IMG/VR virus record: IMGVR_UViG_3300005805_000171
Location: 1-41,014 of that record
Strand: one strand, 5' to 3'
From: a virus
Lineage: Duplodnaviria; Caudoviricetes
DNA length: 41,014 bases
Below, in pieces: positions 18,024 through 29,800 of the stretch. Position numbers and translations under genes: made by a program. The notes under the pieces were generated by a model that worked only from the letters and a program-made list of their open reading frames with translations, ran no database searches and had not been told where the DNA came from. Every line of letters starts with the position of its first letter. The first letter of the stretch is position 1.

Positions 18024-21000
18024 TTAAATGATAACAACATACGTTCTTGGAATTTGGAATGGATTATTAATAGTTGATCCAGAAACTTCTTGGATATAAA
18101 TTGTACCAACTCCAATATAAGTAGATTTTGTAAATGACTCAAGGCCAGAAGAGAATGCAAATAGACTTCCTCCAATTTGATTATATGTCTTCGTGAGAGA
18201 ATTATTGGAAGATCCGAGAACATTAATTGTTCCAGATCCATCTGGTGATGGTATATAAACAACATCTGGATAAACAAGTTCACCGGAAAGAGTTATAGCT
18301 CCGGAACCTATTTGTGTGTAAGTTGCAATTTCGGAAGTTATTGCAGATCCACTTAATGCAAATAATCCAATACCAACAACTGAATAATCAAATTCTACAG
18401 ATGTTGCAGAGGATCCAGAAATTTGGAAGAGTTGTGTATTTTCTGGGGTTTGTGCAGAGTATGATTCGGATGCTCCAGATGTTGCAAATAGATTTCCAGA
18501 TCCAATATAAACATCAGTTTGAATTTCTGAAGCAATATTTCCTGTAAATATTGTTCCAATTCCACTTTCAGAATATACGAACTTGATGTTATCAGAAGTT
18601 CCAGATATTGTATAGAGTCCAGATGTAGTTCCAGTATATACTGCTATTTCAGTAGTAACTGCAGTTCCATCTAAATTAAATGAAATTGTATTTTCTGGCG
18701 GATTAACTGCAAAACTTACATTTGCGGAATTTTGATCATCACATGTAATTTCTTCATTATCGCATGTATCATAGTCATTATCTGTATTATGACGTATAAA
18801 TCTAAGAGTTCCTCGTGCTGGATAATTTGGAACATAGAATGTACTTGAATTTCCACTAAGATTTGCGGATCCAGATCCTTCATAATTATTAGTGATCGAC
18901 TCATCGATGAATCCATTGATAACATAAAGTACTTCTGTTTCTGGAGTTTGTGCAGAGTATACTTCAAGACTTGAACCAGAAATAGTAAAGAGTTGAATAT
19001 TTTCTGGAGTTTGTGCAGAGAATGACTCTAGAGCAGTTCCAGAGAATTGAGCAATACCCAATCCTAAGAAAGAATTTCTAATTAATACACTAACATCACC
19101 ACTAATAGTTAATTGTCCAGATCCAACATAAGATTCCGTGTTCTTTTCAATTGATGGTTTTGTTTGTTGAGATATGAATATTGTTCCGGATGTTCCTGGA
19201 TTGTTATCATCTCCATAATAACCATAGACATTAATTTCACGGCTAGACGCAATTCCAGAAATTGTAGATATTCCGAATCCGTCATAATTCGCCTTACTGA
19301 AAGATTCTCTTAATCCATCATATAAAGAAATAGATCCTTGTGCAAAATATGGTAGAGCTAGTCTTGTTCTAGCAATTCCTCGTGTTCTTATTGTTCCTAT
19401 TCCGGAACCAAGGTTGAAATCGCCAATTTGGAATCCATACCTGTTAGAGTATGTCTTGGCATCACGAAGATTTCCATCACCATCTGGTGCAAATCCAACT
19501 CCAGGAACAAAACCGAAAGATCCAAGACCAACATAAGCCTCTGTATTCTTCTCTACGAGAGATCCAGAGAAGGTATAGAGAATAGTTTCGTCTGGAGTTT
19601 GTACAGAGAATGACTCTAGAGCCGTATTAGATAATGTTATGGATCCAAGACCAACATAAACCTCTGTGTTCTTCTCTACGAGAGATCCTGAGAAGGTATA
19701 GAGAATAGTTTCGTCTGGGGTATCTGCGGAGAATGTCTCTAGAGAAGTTCCTGAAATAACAAAGAGAGCAGTTTCTCCAGGAATATTTGGAGAGAATTTC
19801 TCAACAACGACTCCAGAAATACTAAAGAGTTGAGTATTATCTGGAGTATCTGCAGTGAAAGATTCTACACTTGATCCGGAAATACTGAATAGTTGAGTAT
19901 TTGTAGGAGGACTTGCAGTGAAAGAAACTATGGCATCATATCTTAACTCAGTAGTATCAAAGTAAATGTAATCCGAATCAAAAGTTACTTTCTTATTATC
20001 AATTGTCAGTGGAACGTTGAAAATACCAACATCAAAGAGATGGGTTCCAAGACCAACATAAGCCTCTGTATTCTTCTCTACGAGAGATCCAGAAATACTA
20101 AAGAGTTGAGTATTATCTGGAGTATCTGAAGAGAATGACTCTAGAGCAGTTCCAGAAAGATATGTTGAACCAAAAGGACAAATAGTAATTAATGGCTCTG
20201 TTATCCACCCAGAATCATCTGGAATATTGCCAGTTTCTTCTTCAGATACTAAACCATGATCGAAGAAATCTGCATTAGGTGAAGTTATTGGAATTATTGG
20301 TGTTCCAGTTAATAATCCAAAATCAAGAGATTCTGCAATGGAATCATAACAAGGAGAGTTCTCATTGTATGAGAAAGTAAATCTTTCTGGGAATACTCTA
20401 GATCCAAATTTGATACCAGTTGTACCAACACCGATATTTTGATCTATACCATAATGTGGAGTATAATCTATAAATGGATGTACAAGTTCTCCAAAAATAG
20501 AGAATAGTTGTATGTCTTCTGGAGTTTGTGCAGAGAATGACTCTAAAGTTGTTCCAGAGAATGTATAGAGAATAGTTTGAGCTGGAACATTTGCAGTGAA
20601 ATTTACAATTGCCGAAGTTTGACTGTCACATGAAATTTCACTGTCACATGTATGGTAATCATTATCTACAGTATTACTTACAAACCTTAATGGCCCAAAT
20701 GGTCGTAATGGATATTGGGTTGCTGGATCGGATACCAATCCAAAATCATCATATGGGAAGCTTCCTGATGGTTGTTCTGTTATTAATCCTATATCATCAC
20801 CACCAAGAACATAGGAAGTTACACTTCCATAATCTAAAGGAGGATTATAAATTGAAGATATATTATATGACTTAGTTACTTTTTCAATTGCAGTGCCAGC
20901 GGCACTGGCATCCATTCGCAGAGTACCAGAAGCAATATATGGCTTAACTGTTCTTTCTAGTCCACTTCCTATTTCAAATACAGTACCATTTCCAACCCAA

Positions 21001-21443
21001 ACAAAAGTAACATTTTCATCCAGAACTCCAACACTAAACAGAGTTCCAGAAGCAACATATACTTCGGTTTCACTAATAGCTCCACTTGTTAATTCAAGTT
21101 CTAGAGATCCAAATGGAGTTAATGTGGAGTTGTCGTAAATATTTCCAAAATTTTCATAAGTTTCGGAATCAAAACCTTCTCCCTGATTTATTAATGTGGT
21201 TGTTGATGAAAATTCAATATTTGTACTACTAAAGTTTCTATCTTCATCGAATGTCTTAATCGTGGATGAGAAATCAGGCTTAGGTACATAAAGATATGAT
21301 GTATAATCTACTATCGGTTGTGCGGGTAATAATGAGCCGGCAGAATAATCTACACCTATGTCAACAGAAGAGGAAATGCTTCCATAGTCTTCCGTAGAAT
21401 AGGTGTTTGTGCTTATTGTAGAATTATATACATAAGTACTCAT
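18024..21443 (-). CDS. Acidic, repeat-rich putative virion structural protein (1139 aa)
   Basis: Many ~20-aa units (ESFSAQTPE/D..LF.ISG; EKNTEAYVGLG), D-[YF]-G motifs, few basic residues; lies within the structural module. Confidence 0.75.
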   Translation of the reverse strand: MSTYVYNSTISTNTYSTEDYGSISSSVDIGVDYSAGSLLPAQPIVDYTSYLYVPKPDFSSTIKTFDEDRNFSSTNIEFSSTTTLINQGEGFDSETYENFGNIYDNSTLTPFGSLELELTSGAISETEVYVASGTLFSVGVLDENVTFVWVGNGTVFEIGSGLERTVKPYIASGTLRMDASAAGTAIEKVTKSYNISSIYNPPLDYGSVTSYVLGGDDIGLITEQPSGSFPYDDFGLVSDPATQYPLRPFGPLRFVSNTVDNDYHTCDSEISCDSQTSAIVNFTANVPAQTILYTFSGTTLESFSAQTPEDIQLFSIFGELVHPFIDYTPHYGIDQNIGVGTTGIKFGSRVFPERFTFSYNENSPCYDSIAESLDFGLLTGTPIIPITSPNADFFDHGLVSEEETGNIPDDSGWITEPLITICPFGSTYLSGTALESFSSDTPDNTQLFSISGSLVEKNTEAYVGLGTHLFDVGIFNVPLTIDNKKVTFDSDYIYFDTTELRYDAIVSFTASPPTNTQLFSISGSSVESFTADTPDNTQLFSISGVVVEKFSPNIPGETALFVISGTSLETFSADTPDETILYTFSGSLVEKNTEVYVGLGSITLSNTALESFSVQTPDETILYTFSGSLVEKNTEAYVGLGSFGFVPGVGFAPDGDGNLRDAKTYSNRYGFQIGDFNLGSGIGTIRTRGIARTRLALPYFAQGSISLYDGLRESFSKANYDGFGISTISGIASSREINVYGYYGDDNNPGTSGTIFISQQTKPSIEKNTESYVGSGQLTISGDVSVLIRNSFLGLGIAQFSGTALESFSAQTPENIQLFTISGSSLEVYSAQTPETEVLYVINGFIDESITNNYEGSGSANLSGNSSTFYVPNYPARGTLRFIRHNTDNDYDTCDNEEITCDDQNSANVSFAVNPPENTISFNLDGTAVTTEIAVYTGTTSGLYTISGTSDNIKFVYSESGIGTIFTGNIASEIQTDVYIGSGNLFATSGASESYSAQTPENTQLFQISGSSATSVEFDYSVVGIGLFALSGSAITSEIATYTQIGSGAITLSGELVYPDVVYIPSPDGSGTINVLGSSNNSLTKTYNQIGGSLFAFSSGLESFTKSTYIGVGTIYIQEVSGSTINNPFQIPRTYVVII
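18930..20590 (-). repeat. Dispersed near-exact DNA repeats inside the 1139-aa gene
   Basis: 19519-19595 vs 19642-19718 (3 mismatches in 77 nt); 19521-19568 = 20046-20093; 19812-19852 = 20088-20128; 19017-19043 = 20130-20156. Confidence 0.9.
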
Positions 21444-21476
21444 TTGTAATCTCTACCGACACTTGTAGGTATTCGC

Positions 21477-21509
21477 AAAAAAGAGGATCGCCATAAAATA
21501 GCAATCCTC
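21477..21509 (-). terminator. Intrinsic terminator after the 335-aa gene
   Basis: Minus strand reads GAGGATTGCTAT-TTT-ATGGCGATCCTC followed by TTTTTT. Confidence 0.8.
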
Positions 21510-21547
21510 CCATTCACAATTAAAATTATTAAATTTTTAGTCAAGTA

Positions 21548-22555
21548 TCAATCAAGAGCAACGTTTAATGTAATCTTGATTTGGTCTCCATTATTTTGAA
21601 CTGCGTATGGACCATTTGTGAACCTTTCAGCATACATGATAGAACTGTAAAGAGTCGCAGTGCTCAATCCAGCGGTAGCGTTTGGTGTAGGGGTGATTGC
21701 AGGTGTGGTTAAAAATTCATTTGCATTTGGTACAGAGAATACTGTATATACATTAGATGTTAAAGTTGTGTTTCCAGCTCCTGCAGCAATATAAAGAATA
21801 TCTCCAGCGACTAGTTGGTGACCAACTGCTGAAATTTTGCCAAAACTGAAAGTTACACTTGGGTCAGTAGCAACTTGAATGTTATCAATAAGTGCTTTAT
21901 CTAGATAAACAACCTTGAGAGCTCTATCAACTCCAATAACTTTAGTTCCTGTTTGAATTCCTGCATTTCCACCAACGGTCATTCCTAAAGTGAGGTCATC
22001 TACACTAATATCTGGATCGATAGTGATGTAAGAGTTACCAATAACGCCAATGGTTGGATCTACAGCATCTCCTTTTGAAACTGTAGTTCCAATACCAACA
22101 GAAGCGTAGTGAACAACACCTTGTACTGAAACTGGCATGTTGTTTGCACGAGTTACATAATAACCATATACATCCCCAGCATCACCAGTAAATGTAAAAG
22201 TCTGTTCAGGATATGTTGCAGTAGTTCCAGAACCCACCTGATTAATTCTCCAACGAGAACCGTTAAGAAGAATTCCGGTTTGAGAAGTATAACTTTGATC
22301 GTTTCTATTATTTACACAATATGGATAACCTGTGGTTGGTGCAAATCCATAAGCATTAGTATTACCAATGCCATATGGTTCATAATATTCAGTCGCAGAA
22401 GGAACATCAGACTCGGCTGGAGTCGTGTTACTTGTAAAAAGTTTTAAAACTAGATTTCTGGGAGACTGGTCAGCAAGACTTGCAGTGTGGTTGTTCTGTG
22501 CAACCAAGTATCTGAGTGACTCAAGTTCTCCAATATTTGGAACTAATAGTGCCAT
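21548..22555 (-). CDS. Putative virion structural / fibre-associated protein (335 aa)
   Basis: Own perfect late promoter and strong Shine-Dalgarno (AGGGGAG). Beta-rich sequence with LVLKLFTSNTTP, YPEQTFTF, VYGYYVT, YAERF..GDQIKIT. Confidence 0.75.
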   Translation of the reverse strand: MALLVPNIGELESLRYLVAQNNHTASLADQSPRNLVLKLFTSNTTPAESDVPSATEYYEPYGIGNTNAYGFAPTTGYPYCVNNRNDQSYTSQTGILLNGSRWRINQVGSGTTATYPEQTFTFTGDAGDVYGYYVTRANNMPVSVQGVVHYASVGIGTTVSKGDAVDPTIGVIGNSYITIDPDISVDDLTLGMTVGGNAGIQTGTKVIGVDRALKVVYLDKALIDNIQVATDPSVTFSFGKISAVGHQLVAGDILYIAAGAGNTTLTSNVYTVFSVPNANEFLTTPAITPTPNATAGLSTATLYSSIMYAERFTNGPYAVQNNGDQIKITLNVALD

Positions 22556-22598
22556 TTAAACAACTCCCCTACAGGTTATGATTTTTAATAACTATCTT

Positions 22599-22606
22599 TA
22601 TTTATA
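22599..22606 (-). promoter_or_regulatory. T4 late promoter TATAAATA
   Basis: Perfect consensus overlapping the stop of the 225-aa ORF, upstream of the 335-aa gene. Confidence 0.85.
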
Positions 22607-23279
22607 ATTTTAATTTTAAAGAAACTAGAAAACGATTTATATTATTCACAGCAATGACATCAAAAGTCAAAATGTCTCCAGCCACTAATGTAGTATCCCA
22701 AGTTACCAAGTCATCATCACGAACTTTTCTGGAGTTGGTCATTTGTGGATAAACTCCACCAACTATTGAAGTAAAAATTGGAAATGTAGAATAATTCGAT
22801 TTTTTTATATCCAGTGTCAGATCTCCTTGTTGATCAGCAAGAATTACCAAAGATTCTATGACTCCACTCACATCTAAAGTTACAGATCCTTTGTTTCCAG
22901 ATAACATTGCAATTGAACCACTATCAATAACATAATTGATTGTTCTTGTCAAATCTGCTGTTGTCGATAAAGCAATAATAAAGACATCATCTCCAGGATT
23001 AGGAGCCACTGTAAAAATAATATTATTTGTTGAAGTGGTATAGTCTTCAATTGGTTCCATTACGAGATTGTTTTTAACAACAATCAATTGTTGATCGTTG
23101 ATTGGAACATAAGAACTTCCACTTACATTTAGTCCAAAAGTATGAGCAACTCCCGTAAATTGCGAATTTATATTATCAAGAATTATATTCCCATATTGAA
23201 TAGATTTGGTGGGAATTTCGTAATCAACACCAATTCTATAAGGACCAGGCTCGTTTAGCGTTACTAAGTAATCTGTCAT
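22602..23279 (-). CDS. Putative baseplate/fibre accessory protein (225 aa)
   Basis: The N-half (ILDNINSQFTG..F.L..IIFTVAP) is the same module that is repeated in gp7. Start overlaps the upstream stop codon. Confidence 0.75.
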   Translation of the reverse strand: MTDYLVTLNEPGPYRIGVDYEIPTKSIQYGNIILDNINSQFTGVAHTFGLNVSGSSYVPINDQQLIVVKNNLVMEPIEDYTTSTNNIIFTVAPNPGDDVFIIALSTTADLTRTINYVIDSGSIAMLSGNKGSVTLDVSGVIESLVILADQQGDLTLDIKKSNYSTFPIFTSIVGGVYPQMTNSRKVRDDDLVTWDTTLVAGDILTFDVIAVNNINRFLVSLKLKL

Positions 23280-23611
23280 TATGATACTCCTGGAGTTACC
23301 AAAACATTTCCTTGAACTGCTCTGGTTCTGTACGAATTTGGAGAAATGAGAATAACATCATAAACATATCTACCACCCTCAATAGAGTCAGTTGCAGTAA
23401 ACCCCATTGAAACGGAGATTTTTCCATTTAATCTATCGACAAAAGAAAGAGTTAGAGGGTATGCAGTAGAAGATGTTGGATGTTTTCTTATTGAAGAAAT
23501 ACCAGTATACCCCGTTAAATTTAATGGTGCGTTATTAGTGTTCCTGATTGTAAAGGTGGCTTGAAAGTCAACCCCTTGTTCAAGAACTAAGTTTACATTC
23601 CTTGCCGCCAT
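23279..23611 (-). CDS. Small structural protein, Ig-like/BppU-N-like pattern (110 aa)
   Basis: NLVLEQGVDF..F..LNLTGY..GRYVYDV..QGNVLVTPGV pattern, common in T4-like cyanophage structural regions. Confidence 0.75.
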   Translation of the reverse strand: MAARNVNLVLEQGVDFQATFTIRNTNNAPLNLTGYTGISSIRKHPTSSTAYPLTLSFVDRLNGKISVSMGFTATDSIEGGRYVYDVILISPNSYRTRAVQGNVLVTPGVS

Positions 23612-23631
23612 TATTAGAACCTGTTTTTAAG

Positions 23632-23638
23632 TATTTAT
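23632..23638 (-). promoter_or_regulatory. Late promoter core (ATAAATA)
   Basis: Shares TAA with the 71-aa ORF stop, 21 nt upstream of the ATG at 23611. Confidence 0.65.
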
Positions 23639-23850
23639 GAGTTGGAGTCTAATTTTGAAAGAATCAATCTCATCATATCTTTAATCTCATTAACCTCTGT
23701 TTTTAACATTTGTATTTCATTTTGTTTTTCTAATAAAGAATTTTTATGTACTAAGTATGATTCATAATCAGATGAAGAACAGTTTATAACTGCTCCGGAA
23801 TTAGGATCCCTATATAGAGATTTATTATTTTCTATTGGTATCAAATCCAT
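23635..23850 (-). CDS. Small coiled-coil hypothetical protein (71 aa)
   Basis: LYRDPNSGAVIN followed by heptads LKTEVNEIKDMMRLIL; starts 1 nt after the VrlC-like stop. Confidence 0.8.
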   Translation of the reverse strand: MDLIPIENNKSLYRDPNSGAVINCSSSDYESYLVHKNSLLEKQNEIQMLKTEVNEIKDMMRLILSKLDSNS

Positions 23851-23851
23851 T

Positions 23852-26800
23852 TTATATTGTTGCCAAAGCTCTAAAGTCTTTTATTAAAGGCACATATGAA
23901 GAATTAGTTCCGGTCATTAGAATTTTAATCTGGAATCCTTGGAATTGTGGCAAATTTTTAACATTATATTCGTAAGATCCAAATTCACCAAGAGAGTTGG
24001 ATGGCAATACATTAGTATCCGATAAACCATTATTCAAAGAAGAACTTATTATATTTTTATTGACATCTAAATTAGTATAACCAGGGAACAATTCCCACAA
24101 TGGATTGGAATTTTGGTCTGTTCTAAACAATCTATATAAAACTCTTATATCATTTGTAGAGTGTCTATATGCATCAAATAATACTTTTAGACTATCTGCA
24201 GATTGTTCTAAGGTCACTATCTTACTTATATAAATTGCCGCTGTTGGATCAGAACTTGTTGTATTAACTCTAAAATCAGAAGCATAATTTGTTACTTTCG
24301 AGTTAATTCTATTAGATATTGTAATTAAATTAACTCTATCCAAATCAATAACTGGAGATACCAAACTATTTCTAGTAGTAAGATCAATTTCTAATGTGAA
24401 TGACTTTCCTCCAGGGAAATTAGATAGATAAGCAAGTTCATTTACTTTAGAAGCAATAATTCTTGGAGATTCAAAATAGTTTGTTTCATTCAAGGCAACA
24501 GTTTCAAATCCTTGATCCAAGAAAGGAGTTAGTGATGAGTCTGGTGTAGAACCAGTAAATGTTCTTGCTCTAGCTGAAACAGAAGTTCCGGCTGGCAACA
24601 TTAGTTGGATATTTGGTCTAATTGCATTGAATGGTATATTTTGTGTGGCTTTTGGACCTCTTCTAGAAGAAACTAAAGGAACAATATCATAAGAACCACA
24701 TGATTTAGTAGAAGAGAAGTATAGTGATGGGAAAGAATTGACATTTACTGGTCCCCTATCAGTAATTGCCACTCCAGCTATTCCGCCTTGATTTATTTTA
24801 ATATAATAGTAATCAAGATCATTTGGATATCTAGATTGATCTGCATCTGCTAAATTGTGAGTTTTGTTAATTCTATTCAAAGAAATTCCGGACAACTCAT
24901 ACTTATAAACAAGGTTTCCACTATCATATGTTCCAGAGATGGAACCACCTATATTTCTTTGAATTCCGGTAATAGAATTTGTAGAAGTAACTACTCCTGT
25001 ATACTTGATAATCTCATCTTCTATTAGAATATATCCAGGATTCAAAGAACTGACTGGGAGATTTTCAAAGGTCGTAAGTATACCGACAGAACTTACTACA
25101 ATTGAATTGGTAGAAGAAGGGGATATCGAAGCAGTTAGTGTAACTGGTCTAGCATCTGGTTCTATACCACTCAGAGTTACATAATCATTATCTGCATACA
25201 TGCCATGATTATTATGAGAAACTCTAAAATGTAATCCATCCGACTTTACATCGGAATATCTCACAGTTGCTCCAGATAAATTAGTTGTACCACCACTTCC
25301 AACATAATATAATGAATCTGTAGAATTTTGAGTTATGTCGCCTTGAATATTTTCTAAAACTAAAGAATTAAAGGCAGATATAATACCAATATTATTAGGA
25401 ATAGTTAAAACTAGATTTTTTCCTCTATTATCAGTATCGGAATAATCAATACTCAATGCATCTCCATAGTTATAACCAGTTCCTCCAATAGAAACAGTAG
25501 CCGCTATAGCAACCCCACCACTGATAGTTAAATCGACTTTTGCACCTACACCAGTACCTGTCAAAGAAACTAAATCAACATTGGAATAAACTTTAGAAGA
25601 AGAAGTGAACGCCGTTCCAACATTTGTTATAGTTAAATCACTCCCCAATCCAATAGCTCCACTAAGATTTCTAAGTTTTGAGGAAAACTTTGTATTAGCA
25701 TTTTGCAATATGGTTGTACCAGGAACTAGGGCACTTTGTTCTGCAGAAGTAAGACTTCTAGCAATACCAACTAATAAAGATCTAGAAATAGTATCAATAG
25801 GATTTGGTCTCAAAGTTGCAATTTGTCTATTTCCAATATCTAATTGTGGATTATAGAATCTTATTGTGGAAGTTCCTCTATAAAAATCCGCTCTATAAAT
25901 TTTTAATTTAAGGTCTTCAAGTTGACTTGGATCCCAGGTAGCACCATTTTGAGATTTAAATAGAGATCCCAATAATGGTTGTTGGGAAACTACAACTCTT
26001 TCAGCTTCTACTCTATTTACAGTGGTAATATCCTGTTCTCCCATCCTAGAAATCCAAACCGTATATTCATCAGATGCAGATAACAAGACAACGCAATAAG
26101 CTTGTCCACCTTGACAATAAACTGGAGATGGGAATGTGAATGTTGTAGGAGTAGTTCCATCAGCCGAAACACTGACTTCGGAAGGATCTAATATTACTTC
26201 TCCAAAGGGAAGTATTTCTTGTGTAGGCAAGCCAGTTTGCATTGTTCTGACTTGCATTGTAATTGGTAAATTTCTTTGGTCTTTAGTTCTAAAATATACA
26301 TCAACTTTAGTAATAAAGATTCCTGGTCTATCAGTAACTTCAAATGATTGTGCTAAAGGATCTATCCACCTTGTCTGCTGAACAGTCCTATCACTAAATG
26401 AAGTTGAAGCAACCGTGTTTGTTTCCTCTTGTGTTGTTGTTCTTGTATCAGATCTTGGAACTCTTTGAATAGTTGCATTCCTAACTCTTAGAGTTGCCTC
26501 TTCAACATTATTAATAGTTCCTGCTGCAGTATAAGTTGCCTCTCCAGTACTTTCACTTGTACCACCGACAGTCGCATTCTGAGGACTTGTAGTCAAAACA
26601 AACGTTTTTGATCCCGTTTCAAAAGATGGTGTGGAAGGTAATGTTGCGTCTGGGATATGGAAAGAACCGATTAGGGTTCCGGCCTCATCACTAATAAGTC
26701 TTAAATTACTAATTCTAGCAACAGCGCCACTAGTTTCGCCACGAAGTTGCATTCCATTAACAATATAACCAAAAAATCCAGATGCAGCTTGAAGTTCCAA

Positions 26801-29800
26801 ACTCGCAGTATCAACATTCAATAAGGACGATGTACTTGAGTATGAAGTGGGAATTGTTTCATTTGTATTATATGGATTAGTAACAAAAACTTGTGTAGGA
26901 TTGTTATATGGTCCATATTTGTGGTTCAACTTAGCTAGTCTAAATCTTACAGAAACTGTACCCAAGGTTCCAGAGATAGTTTCTCCTAAAGTGAAAGTTC
27001 CACTCTGCATTTGGATTTCTATCAATTTTGGAATTATGTAATTTGTTATAGCTACGTTATCAAAAAACGCATATAATCTAGTTCTTGGTTTCAATCTCCT
27101 ACCAATAAATTCTATATTTCTAGAACGCATGGTATGAATAATATCAGTGGAAACAACCCTATCTCCAAGATTTGTTGTGTCAACTCTTTCACCAACTCTA
27201 TATTGAATTCCTTGTCTACTTTGATTGGTAGTAGTTAAGGTAGTTACATTGTTAAAGTTTATAAAATTATCTCTTAATCTTGTTGTATTGGTAATTGGAA
27301 TTCCTCTTCCATGTTGGAATCCCCCTCTACTTTCTGAACTAGAAAGAGTTTGTGTTCCAGTTTGAATTCTACCAACAAATGAAGTATTCGTTGTCGTTGT
27401 TCCCGTCCATGTAGTTTCCCACGAACCCCAATCAATCGGAGATAATCCAGTATTGGTATCTACTCCCAACTGTTGAATTGCACTAGTGTAACTGCCTTCT
27501 AAATCTATACTTCTTCTACTTCTTCTGGTTTCTATCCAGGTATCAGTTGCCGGATTTAATTCAATAACACCAATCCAATTTACAACATTGAAAGGATTTA
27601 CATTCTCAGATCTAGTAGCGAATCTGTTTTCTAACCAAACAGAATCCGTGTATCTAAGACAAACAACATCTCCGACCTTTACAGAATTTGGTGATCCCAG
27701 ATCACGAACAAATCTCAAATCTGCATTTGGATTGGATGTATTAGCAGCACCAACAACAGCTTCAGATCCAAGTAATAAATCAATAGAACTAGTATAATGT
27801 TGTGGTCTGGCTACTCCTTCAACAGTATCAATACTACATCTATGAAGTGGATCACCTAAAGAACCAGACAAATTAGATTTGAAATTATCTACTAAAAATC
27901 CAGACTTAAATCTATCCAATCCAGTGGTAGCGTCTCTTACCACTAGATTTCTAGTTTCAACCTCTAGTAAACTCAAAGAGCTATAATATTCTACATTTTT
28001 TAACCTATCTTCCAATAGAGATATATCTTTCATTCTATATCTCTTATGACTTACCAGCTTAACTTTAATTTGATCCATATTATATACATACGGATCTAAA
28101 GTTATAGTAGCAACTTCCATTCCACCATCTACTGGATCGGGAGTAACTGGACTTATAGAAGGTACGCCTTTTGTTAATATAAATTGTCCAGTTCTATCCA
28201 AATAAAGTCTATCAATTCTTCCAAGATAATAGTTATAAGATATATTTAAATTTTTATTTTTAGCTAAAATATATGAAGATGAATTAGTGACTGCAGAAAA
28301 ATTCCTTGCGTTCCATTCAAATGGAGAGTATGTAGATGTACCCGAATCATATGGAACTACTCTTGGACGCAAATCAATTAAGTCTTTGACATTATTTCCA
28401 TCAAAAGAAATGTTATCGTTAGTAAATCTATTAGTGTCGTAAGAATTCGATACAACTACATTACCATCATCAGAAGGATTTATATAATAGTAATTATATA
28501 CTATCTTTAATTTTCTAGATGGTGATGTTGAAGAAGATTTTCTTTCAATATATGAATAATTTACAATATCCTGTTCTTGTCCATTATTGAAAATGAAATC
28601 ATTTCTAATATCTCTATCACCTTCTATTAAATAATCAACGTTTGCTGTTAGGTTTGATTCCAAAAATGTAACTTCTTCATCTTTTATAAAAGAATTTTCA
28701 TTTACATAAACAAAATCAACTCTATTACTACCATTATTAGATACTAACATTGCTCTAGCATTACTAGAGGATCCGTATATAATCTCACCCGTTATTGTAT
28801 TTAAAATATTAGTATTTAAATTTTTTATTTGTAATTTTGGTAGATCTGGTTCATTTGTATCATTTGACTCAAATATTCCAATAATTTCAGTAACATCTGG
28901 AACTTGTAAAGAAATTTTATCATCCTGAACTCTTGTTCCGTAAATATTACTATAAGTTAGTCCATCGTTTAAGGTTGTATTACCAATACCTGATCCTACC
29001 AATAAAGACCTATTGAGATTTAAAATTCCAGCCCTCTTGTGTATTTTTCTTCTTGGTTTTAAATCTTGTTTTTTCAGAGTGGCTATTAAAGTTGCAGAAC
29101 CACTAGATACATTCAAATCTACAAATGTTACAGTTCTTCCAGAAGTAATAGTAAATTTAGTTTCATCTAAAGGTTCAATAGTTCCATCAGAATGAATTAG
29201 TGTATAATCTTCTTCATCAAAAGGTTCTGCTGTTATTGTAGTATCGGACTCTAATGTTATAGTAAAACTATTTGATGATATGGTTACTGGATATGATTTT
29301 CTAAATACTAAACTTCCAGAACTGAGATCGACTGAAGAAATATTTTTATGTTCTAGTTTTTCATATAAGTAAGCTTCTCTAGAGTTCAATATTCTAGGAA
29401 TAACTTTAAATACTTCATTGGAAGTAATTTGAGTAGCTGGAAGAGTTCCAGAACAAACGTTAGTAACATTTGCAGCCGCTTCAATAACAATAGATCTAGA
29501 AGATGTATTTACAACTTTTACTTTATTGTAGGTTGGTAGAATTTCTCCTGGTTTGGTATAAGAAATTATATCTCCTGTTTGAATTCCAACACCAAAATTT
29601 ATATTAGATGTTGTTATAGTGCTTATTCCAGCGCTAGTAGCGGATATAGTAAATCCAGATGTTACTGGTGCTAACAGAACATTTTGACTTAATATTGGAT
29701 CTGCAGTGAAAATATTGCCTGTTAATCCAGTTCCGGCTATTTGGTGAACGTCGGATATAGAATAATCTCTTACTTTATTAACTACTCTTGTATTTTCAAC

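Noticed and set aside
18930-20590. CRISPR array
   Set aside because: The repeats are in-frame coding, irregularly spaced, lack unique spacers of constant length, and no cas genes are present.
21454-21471. Hairpin TACC..GGTA ahead of the 1139-aa gene
   Set aside because: Short stem with a mismatch and a very small loop; too weak to call.
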